Positions 36,546-50,129 of a stretch of DNA of 64,000 nucleotides are shown piece after piece (within the stretch, counting starts at the first letter, position 1; every line of letters starts with the position of its first letter). A program made the translations under genes and the position numbers. Below the pieces are notes generated by a model. It saw nothing but the letters and a program-made list of their open reading frames with translations. It ran no database searches and was not told where the DNA came from. Source of the DNA: Felis catus (taxonomy: Eukaryota); the NCBI RefSeq assembly GCF_018350175.1, contig NC_058368.1, positions 2,294,001-2,358,000 of the forward strand. Direction: 5' to 3'.

Positions 36546-36759
36546 GATGTACTTAAGAGCCTCTTATGGTTTGCCTCCCTCTCCATTTTTATCTTATTTT
36601 TTTAAATGTTTATTTTGAGAGAGAGAGTATACACACATGCCCACGAGCAGGGGAGGGGCAGAGAGAGACAGGGAGAGACAGAATCCACCCTCAGCGTGGA
36701 GCCTGATGTGGGGCTCAGTCTCACAACCGTGACATCATGACCTGAGCCAAAATAAAGAG

Positions 36760-39700
36760 TCTCAAAGTATGTAGTTCTTGATCCCATGTCACTCCCCCCA
36801 AAACACACCGTCCCCTCCCGCAACCACCAACTTGTTCTCTGTATCTATGAATCTTGGGGTTCTGTCCTGTTTTTTAGATTACATATATAAGTGCAATCCT
36901 GTAGTATTTGTCTTGCTCCGACTTATACTACTTCGAATGATACCCTCAAGGTCCATCCATGTTGTGGCAAATGGCAATATTTTCTTATGGCTGAACAGTA
37001 CTGGGTATATAAACCACATTTTCCTTATCCACTCATCTCTCAATGGACACTTAAGTTGTTTCCACACTTTGGCTTTGAAAATAGTGCTGCAATGAAACAA
37101 AAGGGGTACACACACCTTTCTGAATTAGTGTTTGTTTTCTTTGGACAGATACTCAGTAGCGGAGTTGCTGGATCATACTGTAGTTCTACTTTCAATTTTG
37201 AGGAACCTCCAAGTGGTTTTCCATAGTGGCCGCACCAATTTACAATCCCAACAATGCACGAGGTTCTCTTTTCTCCAAATCCTTGCCAACATTTTGTTAT
37301 TTCTTGTCATTTTGATACTAGCCATTCTGACAGGTGTAGGTGCTATCTCATTATGGCTCTGATTTGCATTTCCTTGGTGATAAGGGATGTTGAGCATCTT
37401 TTCATGTGCCTGTTGGATATCTGTGTGTCTTCTGTACAAAAATGTCTATGCAAATCCTCTATGTTTTAACTGGATTATTTTTCCTATTGAGTTATATGAG
37501 TTCTTTCTATATATATATTCTGGACATTAACCCTCATTCAGACATATGATTCTCAAATATCTTCTGATATTCATAGGTTGCTTTTCTGTTTGGTTGAGGG
37601 TTTCCTTTGCTGTACAGAAGCTTTTTGGTTCGATGTAGTCCCGTTTGTTAATTTTTGCTTTTGTTTCCTTTGCCTTTGGAGTCAGATAAAAAAAATTACT
37701 AGGACTGATGTCAAGAAGCTTATTGCTTATGTTTTCTTCTTGGGCGTTTTATGGCTTTAGGTCTTACATGCAAGTCTTGAATCCGTTTTGAGTTAATTTT
37801 TTGTATGCGGTCCAGTTTCATTATTTTGTGTGTGGTAGCTCTCCAATTTTCCCAACACTGTTTACTAAATAGACTGACTGCCTCTTCCCCATTGTATTTT
37901 CTCGCCTCCTTTGTTGAAAATTACCTGACCACATACATGGGGGTTTATTTGTGGGTTATCGACACGTATAGTTCCATTGTTCTCTGTGTCCATTTTTGTG
38001 GCAATACTACACGGTTTTGATTATTACAGCTTTATAATCCCATTTGAAACCAGGCACAGTAACCTCTGACTTTGTTGTTCTTTCTTAACACCGTGCTTTG
38101 GCTATTTGGGGTCTTTTGTGGTTACTTCCACGTAAGTTATGGAATTATTCCAATCCGGCAAAAAATGTCATTGGAACTTTGACAGGGATCGCAATGCATT
38201 TGTAGATTGCTTTGGGTTTATGGACATTTAACAACATTGATTTTTCTAACCCCTGACACAAAATATCTTCCTATTTATTTGTGTCATCTTCAATTTCTTT
38301 CATCAGTGTCTTGTGGTTTTCAGTGTATAGGTCTTTCACCTCCTTAGTTCAATTTATTCCTAAGTTTTTCATTCTTATTAATGCAATTGTAAGTGGGATT
38401 ATTTTCTTGATTTTCCTGATATTTTGTTAGTGTATAGAAATGCAACAGATCTTTGTATATTAATTTTGTATCTTGTAACTTTATTGAATTCACTTATTAG
38501 TTCTGACAGTTTTTTTTTTTTTTTGTAGAGTCTTTTTCCATACACAATATCATGTTGTCTGCAAATAGTGAAAGTTTTACTTTTTCCTTTCCAATTTGGA
38601 TGTCACTGATTTTTTTCTTTCCTAGTTGTTCTGGCTAGGACTTCCAATACTATGTTGAATCAAAGTGGCATGAGTAGGCATCCTTATCTCGTTCCTGATC
38701 TTAGACGAGAAGCTTTTAGCTTTTCACCATTGAGGATGATGATAGTTGTGGGTCTGTCATTTACGGCCTTTGTGATGTTGGAGTACTTTCCCTTTATATC
38801 CATTTTGTTGAGTTTTTCTCATAAATGGATGTTAAATTTTCTCAAATGCTTTTTTGTGCATTCACAAAAATAATATGATTTTTATCCTTCATTTTGCTGA
38901 TGTGTATACCGTCTTGATCGATTTGCAGATGCTGACCACACTTGCATCCCTGGAATAAATCCCACTTGATCGCGATGTAAGATGTTTTTGATGTATTGTT
39001 ATTTTGGTCTGTTAATATTTTGTTGATTTCTGCATGTATGTTCATCAGGCATATTGGCCTGTAATTTTATTTTATTTTATTTACTTTCATTTTCTTTCAT
39101 TTTCCTCCTTCCTTCCTTCCTTCCTTCCTTCCTTCCTTCCTTCCCTGTGTCCTTCTTCAGTTTTGGTATCAGGGTAATGCTGGCCTTGCAAAATAAGCTT
39201 GGGAGCTTCCCTCCTTTTCAATGTTTTTGAAGAGTTTGAGAAGTATAGGCATTAAATGTTCTTTGAATGTTTGGTAGAATTCACCAACGAAGCCATCTGG
39301 TCCTGGACTCTTCTTAGGAGGTTTCTGATTACTGATTCAATCTTTTGCAATATTTGACATGTGCCTGCACTCCTAGTTCAAAGATGTTTTCCTTTCACCA
39401 CTTTGAATATGCCATGCCACTCTCTTTTGGTCTGCAAAAAGTTTCTGCTAAGAAATCTCCTGACAACCTTATGGGATTTCCCTTGTATGTAACAATTTAT
39501 TTTTCTCTTTCTGCTCTTAAGATTCTCTCTTTAACTTTTGACATTTTAATTATAATGTGTCCTGGTGTGGATCTCTCTGGACTCCTCTTATTTGGAACCC
39601 TCTGAGCCTTCTGGACCTACATGTCTATTTCCTTCTCCTGGTGAGGGAAGTTTTTAGCCATTATTTCTTCAAATACTTTCCTAGTCTCTCCTCTCTTTTC

Positions 39701-42230
39701 TCCTGGGACCTTATAATGTAAGTGTTACTCTATTTGATGTTGTCTGAGAGGTTCCTCAAGTTACCTTCATTTTTCAAAACTTCTCTCCTTTTCATTACTC
39801 TGCTTTGCTGAGTTCTACTGCAGTCTTCTAGGTCACTGATCTGTTCTGTTTCATCTAGTCTGCCACTGAACCCCTCTTGGTCCTTTCTTACACTATCTCT
39901 TTGTTGAAGCTCTCACTGTGTTCATCCATTCTCCCCCCAAGTTCTTTGAGCATTTTTTCCCCTCCAAATGTTTACTCACTTTTTGAGAGAGAGACAGAGT
40001 GTGAGTGGGGGAAGGGCAGAGAGAGAGGGAGACACAGAATGTGAAGCAGGCTCCAGGCTCTGAGCTGTCAGCACAGAGCCTGATGTGGGGCTTGAACTCG
40101 TGAAACGTGAGATCATGACCTGAGCTGAAGTTGGCCACTTAACTGACTGAGCCACCCAGGACCTGTTCTATGAGCATTTTTATGTCCATTACCTTAAATT
40201 CTTTTTTAGATTACTTTTCTCCATTTCATTAAGGTCTTTTTCTGAGGTCTCGTCATACTCTTCTGTTTGGAACATAGTTCTCTGTTTCTTCATTTTGCTT
40301 GACTCTCGGTGTGTTTCTATGTATTAGGTGAAACAGCTCTCAGTCTTCAAGTAGTGCCCTGTGTAGGTGATGAAATTTCTCTTCCAACCTTGCTCTTTGC
40401 TGTCTCTTGAACCTTTGTAATTGTCTAAACCACCTGATTCGTTCTTGATATGTCCCCGGTGTTAGGGTGTGCCAAGACCTGCCTGTTCCAAGAGAGGAAT
40501 CTCATTTACACCGAGTTTCAGGTTGACTGGAAGCACACTCTTAGGCAGCAGCTTTTAACGTATAAAAGTATAGGGGTGCCTCGGTGGCTCAGTCGGTTAA
40601 GTGTCCGACTTCGGCTCAGGTCATGATCTCACGGTTTGTGAGTTTAAGCCCCCCGTCAGGCTCTGTGCTGACAGCCCAGACCCTGGAGCCTGCTTCGGAT
40701 TCTGTGTCTCCCTCTCTCTCTGCCCCTCCCTGACTTGTGCTCTGTCTCTCTCTCTCAAAAATAATTGAACATTTAAAAAAAAAAGTTTTAAAATATAAAA
40801 GTATATATAGTCCTGTGGGGCTACAATCATAGTCCCTGCTGCCTCCAGACCAGGAGATTTAGAGGTGCCCCCTGGGTGGCAGCTGTAAAAAATTGGGGTT
40901 CCAGATAAGTGTAAAAGCTCCTTTCCCAGAGTTGAGCCCTGGAAGGCCGAGGGGGTGTGCAAGGATGGTGTGCCCCTGCTTAGGTTCTCTGGGAGCACCT
41001 CCTTAATCTATATATGCATGGGAAACCCGAAGCCTGTCCCTTAGACTGAAGCGCCGAGCTAAGTACATAGGCCTTTTTTCCAGAAGACGGGCTGTGTTTC
41101 AGTCTGCTGTCTATGCAGTGCCCTGATGGTGGCGGTCTGCCAAGAACTGTGTTAGCGTTCCTGTGGAGCTCAGGATTGTTGGCCACTTCGCCACCAGGGC
41201 CAGGTGATTGAGTGGTGGCCCCCGTGTGGACTGCACGCACCTGCTGGCGTTAGCTAGGCAAGGTGTACGGGGTAGGGCATGCTTGCTGGCTTCAGACAAG
41301 CAGGGGAAAATGTCTTGACTATACACCTGTGGACCTCAGGAATGTCGTGGGAGACCTTCTTGTCTGTGCACGCGTGCTGGCTTTAAGCCGGGAAAATGAC
41401 GGCCCGGCCAGTGGGGGAGTGCTGCAACTGTCTCCACTCCCCAGCTTTATCTAGGGAGTGAGAGGATGCCATGGATGTTGTGCTTGCCTGCCCCGGCTAG
41501 GGAGGGGGGCAGCGAACCCTTGTGTGCTCCCCAGCTTCCTCGAGGCAGTGGGATGGTATGGTGACTGCTTGCCCCCACCCCTCTTAGCAACGCAGGAGGA
41601 GGGTGCCGCCTCTGAGCCCACCCACTGGTGCTCGCAGGGTAGGTGGAGAGTGCAAAGTTGGCTTCTGCCAGCACCTCTGTCCCGGGGAGAGTTTCAACGG
41701 TCCCTCGCTCTCCCAACAGATGTTCTTAGATTATCAACTGGTTTCTTTTACAGCCGTGGTGCTTTCCAAACTGCTATTTTTCTGCTGGGTCGTGGGTAGA
41801 GCGAGACTGCACGTGAGTTCCTTAAAAGGGGAGTCTCGGTTTCCTATAGCACTTCGGGGCCCTTGGATGTCGGCCCTTTGCATTTTTTAAGCCAGATGTT
41901 TTGGGGGCTCGTCTCTCTGGGTCAGGTCCCAGGGACAGGGGTGTCTTAAGTGGGACACCAGCCCATCACTTTCTGGGAGAAGCGCTGGACTGGTGAGAAC
42001 CCTCACTGTTATGCTGCAGCGTCGGGGTGGGGTTTGGGGTGAGACCCTGTCTCTGCCTCTCCCACCCAGCTCAATGCGGTCTTTCTGTCTTTTGTTGTGG
42101 AGAAGCCGTTCTTCCGGTTTCAGATCTTCCTCCGAGGGAAATGGCCCATGTGCACTTATGGGTTTCGTGTCTGTGTGGGATGGGCTGAGTTCTGCATTTT
42201 CCTACGCTGCTATCTTGAGAGAAGAGCCCC
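36760..42230 (-). mobile_element. Older L1 with 3' UTR, ORF2 3' half, internal deletion, ORF1 and long GC-rich 5' UTR; SINEs at ~39965-40163 and 40573-40785
   Basis: ORF 36879..37115 (KQLKCPLRDEWIRKMW) and 38842..39045 are ORF2-like; ORF1-like sequence from ~39380; 5' UTR 41690-42230 is homologous to 59400-59830. Confidence 0.85.
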
Positions 42231-42609
42231 ACCCGTTCTAAAGCATTTCCACAGTTTGATTGTGACATTATTTTTGATCTCTTTGGAATTTATTTTGCTA
42301 TGAGAACTGATATGCACACTCAGAACTGTTTAGCCAGTCACCCCAGGAGTCAGTCACATACAAGGATGTAGTGAATGCCCATCATGTGTCAGACACGATG
42401 CCAGGCCTTGGGGCTCCATGGTTTCCTGTTCCTCTTGGGTAACTGGGCATTAAACAAGTTATTAAAAATAGTAATCCAACCACGGAAGTATTGGGAAGAA
42501 ATTCAAGGAGCTATGAGGGCAGCTCAGGGGAGGCTTTCCTAAGAAAAATACCATTTAAATGGAGATCTAAGGTTTGAACTGAAGTTAAGAAAATACGAAG
42601 TGGTGGTGG

Positions 42610-42815
42610 GGGGGCACCTGGGTGGCTCGGTCGGTTAAGCATCCGACTTCTGCTCAGGTCACGATCTCAGCTCATGAGTTCAAGCCCCGCGGCGGGTGAG
42701 CTCGAGCCCCGCTTTGGGCTTTGCACTGACAGAGCACAGCCCGCATAAGATTCTCTCTCTTGTCCTCTCTGCCCCTCATTCATTGGCACCCTCTTTCGAA
42801 ATAAATAAAAAAGTT
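42610..42815 (+). mobile_element. CanSINE within L2/MIR fragments (42330-43150)
   Basis: Consensus head and A tail. Confidence 0.88.
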
Positions 42816-43276
42816 ACAAATAAAGAGAAGTGGGAATAAACTTTGCAAACAGGAACAACAGAGCATGGTGCTGTATGGCTGGGGTGTAGAAAGCAGTAAT
42901 AATAAATATAATAGCAAATGCATATATATCGCTTATGTGTTAAGCATAGTTCTAAGAGATTTAAATATATTAACTAATTTAGTCCTCAAAAACACCTGAG
43001 GTAGATTACTATTATTCTCACTTTACAATGAAGAAACTCAATTTTATGCAAAGAGAAGTAAACTAATTTGCCCAGAGCCACACAGCTATTAACAGATGAA
43101 GCAGCATTTGAACAGTCTTCCTGGGCCTGAGTTCTTAACCACTGTGGTATATACTACAGAGAAAATGGGACAGCTGGAGGCTGGAAGAATGGCTGGCCTG
43201 AGGGCAGTCACATTTTACTTGTGCTTTTAGGTCACCTGTCTATAATGTGAAAAATGAACTAGAAATGACACAGGTG

Positions 43277-43399
43277 TGCTGTTTCAAGGAGGCACATGCA
43301 CCCCAATGTTTATAGCAGTGCTTTCAACAACAGCCAAAGTATGGAAAGAGCCCAAATGCCCATCGACGGATGAATGGATACAGATGTGGTATGTATATG

Positions 43400-43473
<74 letters not shown>

Positions 43474-43904
43474 GGAGTATTATTCAGTGATCAAAAAGAA
43501 TGAAATCTTGCCATTTGCAACAACGTGGATGGAATTACAGAGTATTATGCTAGGCTATCTGAAATTAGTCAGAGACATTCAAATATCATATGACTTCACT
43601 CATATGTGGAATTTAAGATACAAAACAGATGAACATAGGGAAGGGAAGCAAAAATAATATAAAAACAGGGAGGAGGACAAAACAGAAGAGACTCTTAAAT
43701 ACAGAGAACAAACTGAGGGTTGCTGGAGGGGTGGTGGGAGGGGGGATGGGCTAAGTGGGGAGGGGCATTAAGGACGACACTTGTTGGGATGAGCACTGGG
43801 TGTGATACAAAGGGGATGAATCACTGGGATCTACTCCTGAAATCAGTAGTGCACTACATGCTAACTTGGATGTAAATTAAAAAATAAATTGAGGAATTGA
43901 AAAA
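43277..43904 (+). mobile_element. 5'-truncated carnivore L1 3' end with an internal (TA)n(CA)n microsatellite
   Basis: ORF2 C-terminus (GTCTPMFIA...KEPKCPSTDEWI); TSD aaatgacacaggtg (43263-43276) / aaatgacccaggtg (43905-43918). Confidence 0.92.
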
Positions 43905-44599
43905 AAATGACCCAGGTGGATGCAGAGAGGTCAGTCAGGAGGCCCCTGCAGTAACTCGAGTGGGAAATGAAGCTGGTCTGATAATGACAGTGGTGGAAAC
44001 AGAAGCCAAAGGGTGGAGGAGGCAGCAACTAGTGACTAACTGGATGGGAGGGGTAAGGAGAGATAGGGAAGACCTCCAGGCTTCTGGGTCGCTGAAAAGT
44101 ACTTTGGTAATTCGTTTTTTTCCTACTGATTTAAAATATCTACATTGTATACCCACAGGCATATGTCTTTGGGTTTGTATTCTGACCATTCTATTTCTCA
44201 CTACACCACTTCATTATCCCTCTCATTACCTGCATTTTCCAGAATGTTCTTATTCCCTCTCATGTTTATTCTTCTAGATGAAGTTAAGGACCATTTTGCA
44301 AAGTTTTTGAACACCTCTTACCTGCATCCACTTCCTCTCTAACCACTATCGCCCAAAATCCACCCAAAACCCAAACACGCCAAACCCAAGCCAATTTCTC
44401 AGCCGTTGAGTTCTGACCCAGACTGTATGGAATTCACAGATTGATTTCGTGGGACCTGGCCACTGTACAGTGCTCACTATTCCTAGCTAAGAATAACGTC
44501 TCTTTTTATGTATTCCAATCTTCTCTTATGTTCCTCAGTTAAAATTCGTGGTTATAGTTTCTTTCACGTACGTTCTTTGAAGTATTTTCGTTTTCATTT

Positions 44600-44771
44600 T
44601 TGAATTTGTCTATCTGTGCCTAGTTGACCCCCGATGTTGCATTAGTCTCGGGGAACCACAGGGCTTCAACGTCTCTGCACATTATGCCACGCCACAAGCA
44701 TGGCTGCCACTTGTCGCCGTACGACCCCATCAAGAAACGACTATGTTCCCCATGCTACATATTTTATTCCC
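44600..44771 (-). mobile_element. Short old L1 3'-UTR fragment
   Basis: Reverse-complement homologous to the L1 end at ~50650-50810. Confidence 0.6.
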
Positions 44772-44926
44772 TAGACCTTTAGAGTCTTAACCTTTACTTT
44801 TCATATACCTTAACAACTAGTCAGTTATTAAACATTCAGTGCCATTAATATAAGCCACATCAAAACACATTCTACTTCATGCTTCTGGTATAGAGTATGG
44901 CATTTATTTTAAAGGGTAACATTTTA

Positions 44927-45140
44927 GGGGCGCCTGAGTGGCTAAGTCGGGTAAGGGTCTGACTTCGGCTCAGGTCATGATGTCACGGTTCGTGGGTTCG
45001 AGCCCCGCGTCGGGCTCTGTGCCGACAGCTCGGAGCCTGGGGCCTGCTTCCGATTCTGTGTCTCCTTCTCTCTCTCTGCCCCTCCCCTGCTCTCACTCTC
45101 TCTCTCCTAAAAATAATAAACTTAAAAAAATAAATAAAGG
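44927..45140 (+). mobile_element. CanSINE
   Basis: TSD aaagggtaacatttt on both sides. Confidence 0.94.
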
Positions 45141-45419
45141 GTAACATTTTGTACCATATTAACTGTGTTGATTTACCTACAATGTTTGCTTTTGGAACTT
45201 ACTAACCATGTTTATTAAAAGCCAGTGTAAATCTACTGGCCAATTAACACACGGTAACTGCCTTCTGACTTCCTACAGGATAGCAGCGCATTGCTTCAAG
45301 GTGTTTGGACAAATATAGTTACTGATAAGTTTCCCAACTCTGTCGGGATGTTTATGTAACAAATAGAGAAGCTACTGTAAATATCATCTGTCTGGAAATA
45401 TGAGTTTATCTGCACATAC

Positions 45420-45482
45420 CTGGCACTCCGTCTCATTGGCTGTTGTCTTCAAATCATCTTGTTTACTTATGATCTTCTGCAG
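45420..45482 (-). CDS. MICU2: MICU2 internal coding exon (exon 7 by recalled human numbering), LQKIISKQDDLKTTANETECQ
   Basis: Minus strand ctttccag|CTGCAGAAG...GAGTGCCAG|gtatgt; 63 nt, phase 0/0; peptide matches recalled MICU2 LQKIISKQDDL. Confidence 0.93.
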
Positions 45483-46419
45483 CTGGAAAGATGGCAAACA
45501 TGAATTCAGATGTGTATCTACTGGACTTTTCAAAATAGTCTAAGAAAAAGATACTAAGTTTTCCTTTTAAAACATATACGAGTCGTTAAATATTAACTTA
45601 AACTCCTTCTGCATTATAGCTAATAGCGTTATTTATTTCTTCTTAAATCAGGTAGGAATCGAAGGAAAAACTGATATGCAAGTATTAATGTTACCATTTT
45701 TATAATTTGAATCATTTTTTCCTCCTAAGAAATCTAGTTTACTTAATACATACATATTCTAAAGGTATCACTCTATAAGAATTTCATAATTATCCAAATT
45801 CTTCAACAGAATTTTCATTCATAATTAATTTTTGTATCATTGATAATTTATGGCCACATTTTCAAGTATGTAGCTCTTAAAAAGCCACTTATATCATACA
45901 AATGGTCTTCTTCCCCATATGCACTCATAAAGCATCAAAATAATTTAAAAACCTACATTTCTGTCATTAGTAAAATTGTCAACAGTACCTTGAGACTGAG
46001 TACATTTAGAAACCTACCTTTCAGAGTCATTTGTACCAATCCTCAAAAGGAAAGCAAATTAAAAAAAAAAAGGTTTAAAACAAAAATTAAATGCAGACAA
46101 AATCTGAAACTATGGATTTGAACGGATTAGGAGACAAACCTTCACTCATTTTTTTTCCTAGGCTACTTCTTTGTTAATAATCTGAACACTGGTAAATTCC
46201 AAATTAATCATCTCAAGTTCGGCTGCCTCTATGATGTTTGTTTTAGGTAAACAGTTTATCTCTAAGTCCCTCAAACTTTTCCACATCTCCTCCCTCATAC
46301 TTACCTTAGAGAAAAGTGTTGAAAAGTCTTCATTTGTTTTACCCTTATTTTTTAAGTTGACAATCAAATAGTACAATGCCAACTTCAATATCTTTCTCCC
46401 TTAGCTTACTGCACTACCT

Positions 46420-49400
46420 TAAAAAATTTTTATGAGGGAAAATTTCAAACACAGCCAAGAGAACTCTGTAATAAACCGCACATTATTCACCTTCAACAAT
46501 CATCAGGATTCTGCCCATTCCCAATTCCTTTTCAATTGTTATTTATAGCTCTTGAGGAAAAATTTATATACATTGAATGTACAAATTATGGCCATACAAT
46601 TTTGACAAGTGGATATACCTGAGTAACCCATCCTCCTACCCTGGTATAGAACATTTCTATTTTCTCAGAAAGTTCTTTGTGTCTCTTCTCAGTCAATCCT
46701 TTCTCTCTTCATCCCCACAGAGGAATAGGAGAGTTCTGATTGTTTTCCTCCATCTAAATGAGTTTCACTTATTTTAGAAATTCAAATAAATGATATCAAA
46801 TAAATGATAGTATGTATTCTTTTGTGCTATCAACCTTCTCTCTGCATAACGGTTTTGAGATTCATTTACGTTTGAATAGAAGTAGTCTGTTTTTATTGTT
46901 GAGTTGTGTCCCATTGTCTGAATAGATCACTACTTGTCCATTCACTTGTTGGCAGATGTTTGCATTGTCTCTAGTGTTTGACTACTGTGAATCAAGCTCC
47001 CGTAAATTTTCTTTCCCCACCACCCCCGGCTTTACTGAAGTATACTTAATATACAAAAAATTGCACACATTGATGTATAAACCTCTTGATGAGTTTGGAC
47101 ACATGCATGCATCTGAGATGCATCACCACAATCAAGGTAATAAACATACCCATCACTTCCAAAAGATTCGTGTCCCTGTTTCCTTTTCCCTTGGTCTAAG
47201 AACACTTAGCATGTGATGTACCTTCTTTTTTTTTAAACTTTTTTTCATGTTTATTTTATTAAAAAATTTTTTTTAATGTTTATTTATTATTGAGAGACAG
47301 AGCATGAGCAGGGGAGGGGCAGAGAGAGAGGGAGACACAGAATCTGAAGCAGGCTCCAGGCTCCGAGCTGTTAGCACAGAGCCTGACGCGGGGCTCGAAC
47401 TCACAAACTGAGATCATGACCTGAGCCGAAGTCGGACGCTCAACCGACTGAGCCACCCAGGTGCCCCTTCATGTTTATTTTTGAGAGAGAGAGAGACAGA
47501 ATCTGAAGCAGGCTCCAGGCTCTGAGCTATCTGCACAGAGCCCGATGCGGGGCTCGAACCCACAAACCGTGAGAGCATGACCTAAGTGGAAGTTGATGCT
47601 TAACCGACTGAGCCACCCAGGTGCCCTTCTTCAGTTTTTAAATGTACAACACCATAGTCTTAACTATATGCACTATGTTTGTACAGCAGATCTCTGCCAT
47701 ACACTTTCTTGCATAATTCTTATTTTATGTATGTGAATGCATGTTTTAGTATTTCTCTTGGATGAATTCCTAGGAGGGGAACAGTTAATTCCTTCTGAAC
47801 TCTAAGTTATTAAGTGGTAAGAGTTCTTTATATATTCTGAATGAGTCCTTTGTCAGATATATGTTTGGAAAATATTTTCTCCCATCCTACAGTTCACCTA
47901 TTCATTTTCTTCCTTTTTTTTTAAAATTTTTAACATTTATTTATTTTTGAGAGAGACAGAGACAGAGTGTGAGGTGAGAAGAGACAGAGAGAGGGGGGAG
48001 GTGTCTCCAAGCTATGCCTACATATGGTGTGAGCAGGGGTCGTAACTATTTTTTTCATATACATATCCAATTGTTCTAGGGTCATTTATTGAAAAGACCT
48101 TTTCTTTTCTATGAACTGGGTTGGAGACTTTATTGAGAATTAAGGACCATCTAAGTTAAGTGTCAGTTCTTTATTATCCTCCATTGATCCACTTGCCCAT
48201 CCTTAAGTCAATATCACACTGTTACCATTACTGTAGCTTTGCAGTAAGTCTTAAGTCAGGGAGTGTGAGTTATCCAGATTTGTTCTGATTTTTCAAAATT
48301 GATTGCAGTGTTTTAGGTTCTCTGCCTTTGCACATCCGCTTTAACATCAGCTTGTACTTTCTACCAAAAAAAAAAAAAAAAAAAAGCCTGCTGGGATTTC
48401 GCTTGGGAAAGTTAAATCTTTAGACCAATTTGGGAAGAACTGACATCTTAACACTACTGAATCTTCTAACCATTTCCATGGTATATTCCTCCATTTATTT
48501 AAGTCTCTTTGAATTTCTGTTGGCAATGTCTGAAGTTTTTGGTGAACGGTTTTTGTTAAATTTGTTTCTACTTACTTTATGTTATTTGATGTCATGCAAA
48601 GAACTGATTTTCATTTCATTTTCCAACTATGCTACTAGTATATGGAAATACAATTGATTTCTCCATATTGATCTTCCTAAATTTGCTTTTAGTTATAATA
48701 GGCTTTCCTTTTCTTGTTGATCACTTAGAGTTATCTACGCACAATCATGTTATCTGTGAATAAAGTCAAATTTACTTCTTCCTTTCCAATCTTCTATCCC
48801 TTTCCCCCTAACCTGTATTGCTATTATCATTAGAATCACCAGTAAAATGTTGAATAGAAGAGATATGAAAATACATCCTTGCCTTCTTTCTGATCATAAA
48901 GGGACAACATTCCATATTTAATCTTTTTTAAAAAATCTTTATTTTTGAGAGAAGAAAGAGAGACAGAGCATGAGCGGGGCAGGAGCAGAGACAGAGAGGG
49001 AGACACAGAATGTGAAGCAGGCTCCAGGCTCCGAGCTGTCAGCACACAGCCCGACACGGGGTTTGAACTCACAGACTGCGAGATCATGACCTGAGCTGAA
49101 GTCAGACGCTTAACTGACTGAGCCCCCCAGGCGCCCCTGTATTTAATCTTGTATCATGATGTCACCTTTAAGCCTTTTGTAAACGCCCTCTATCAGACTG
49201 GAAAAGTTTTCTTCTGTTTCTACTTTGCTGAGTTTTGTCATGAACGTGCTTATTCTATTGAAAGCTTTATATGCATATAGTGATAGGGTCATGTTGATCT
49301 CTACGTTACTGTCGATCTGATGGATTGAACTGAGTTGATTTTTAATCATTAAACAAATTTCTATTCTCTGCATAAATATCACTTGATTTTGGTGCGTTTT

Positions 49401-49890
49401 TTATATAATATACAATGTGTCTTGCTCTATCTAAGTATTTTGTATCTTTGTTTATGATGAAATTTGGTCTATAATTTACTTTTCTTGTTAGATCTTTGCC
49501 AAATTTTAGTTATCAGGGATATGCCAGTGATGAGAGGGAATTGTTCCACTTTCTTGTATTTTCTGCAAGACTTTGTGAAAATCTGACACTTCTTCCTCCT
49601 TAAATGCTTGATAGATTTCACCAGTAAAACCATCTGGGCCTGAACATTTCTTTGTGGGAAAGTTTTTGATAAATTAAATTCATTTGTAAAGGGCTATTCA
49701 GATTTCCATCTCTTAGTTTTGGTAAGTATTTTTTTTTTTTCTAAGGCATTTGTCCAGTTCATCTGAATTATCAAATTTACAGTCACATGTGAATAAGCTG
49801 TTCACAATATTCCATTTTAGTCCTCTGATATTTGCAGAATCTGTGGTGTTATCTTCTTTTCATTTCTAACATTGGTAATTTGGACCGTCT
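46420..49890 (-). mobile_element. Ancient fragmented L1(s) with nested CanSINEs (~47225-47626, 47915-48000, 48925-49137)
   Basis: Degenerate ORF2-like sequence (accagtaaaaccatctgggcctg; ORF 49143..49382) and 3' UTR motifs. Confidence 0.75.
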
Positions 49891-50129
49891 TCAAGTTCCA
49901 AAATTAGATCCAGTACTGAAAATTATTCAAAGTTTATCATACAGGTAACAATTTAAAAGTAAAAACAGATGTTACCCATAAGGATTATACTTTTTTGTAC
50001 AAAACTTAAAACATTTCTTTTATTATGACATTTAATATAGCTGTTATCATCTTCACACAGTCATTACATAGTTACAAACAAAACAAAGCAAATAGGATTA
50101 GTTCACTGAAATGAGAATTTTTTAGGAGG

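Noticed and set aside
46414..46470. Minus-strand ttttttaag|gtag resembling the end of MICU2 exon 6 (EFFK)
   Set aside because: The upstream sequence does not encode the EF-hand-1 peptide (FKMLDTDGNE-like) and belongs to an old L1 end; exon 6 is probably beyond 64000
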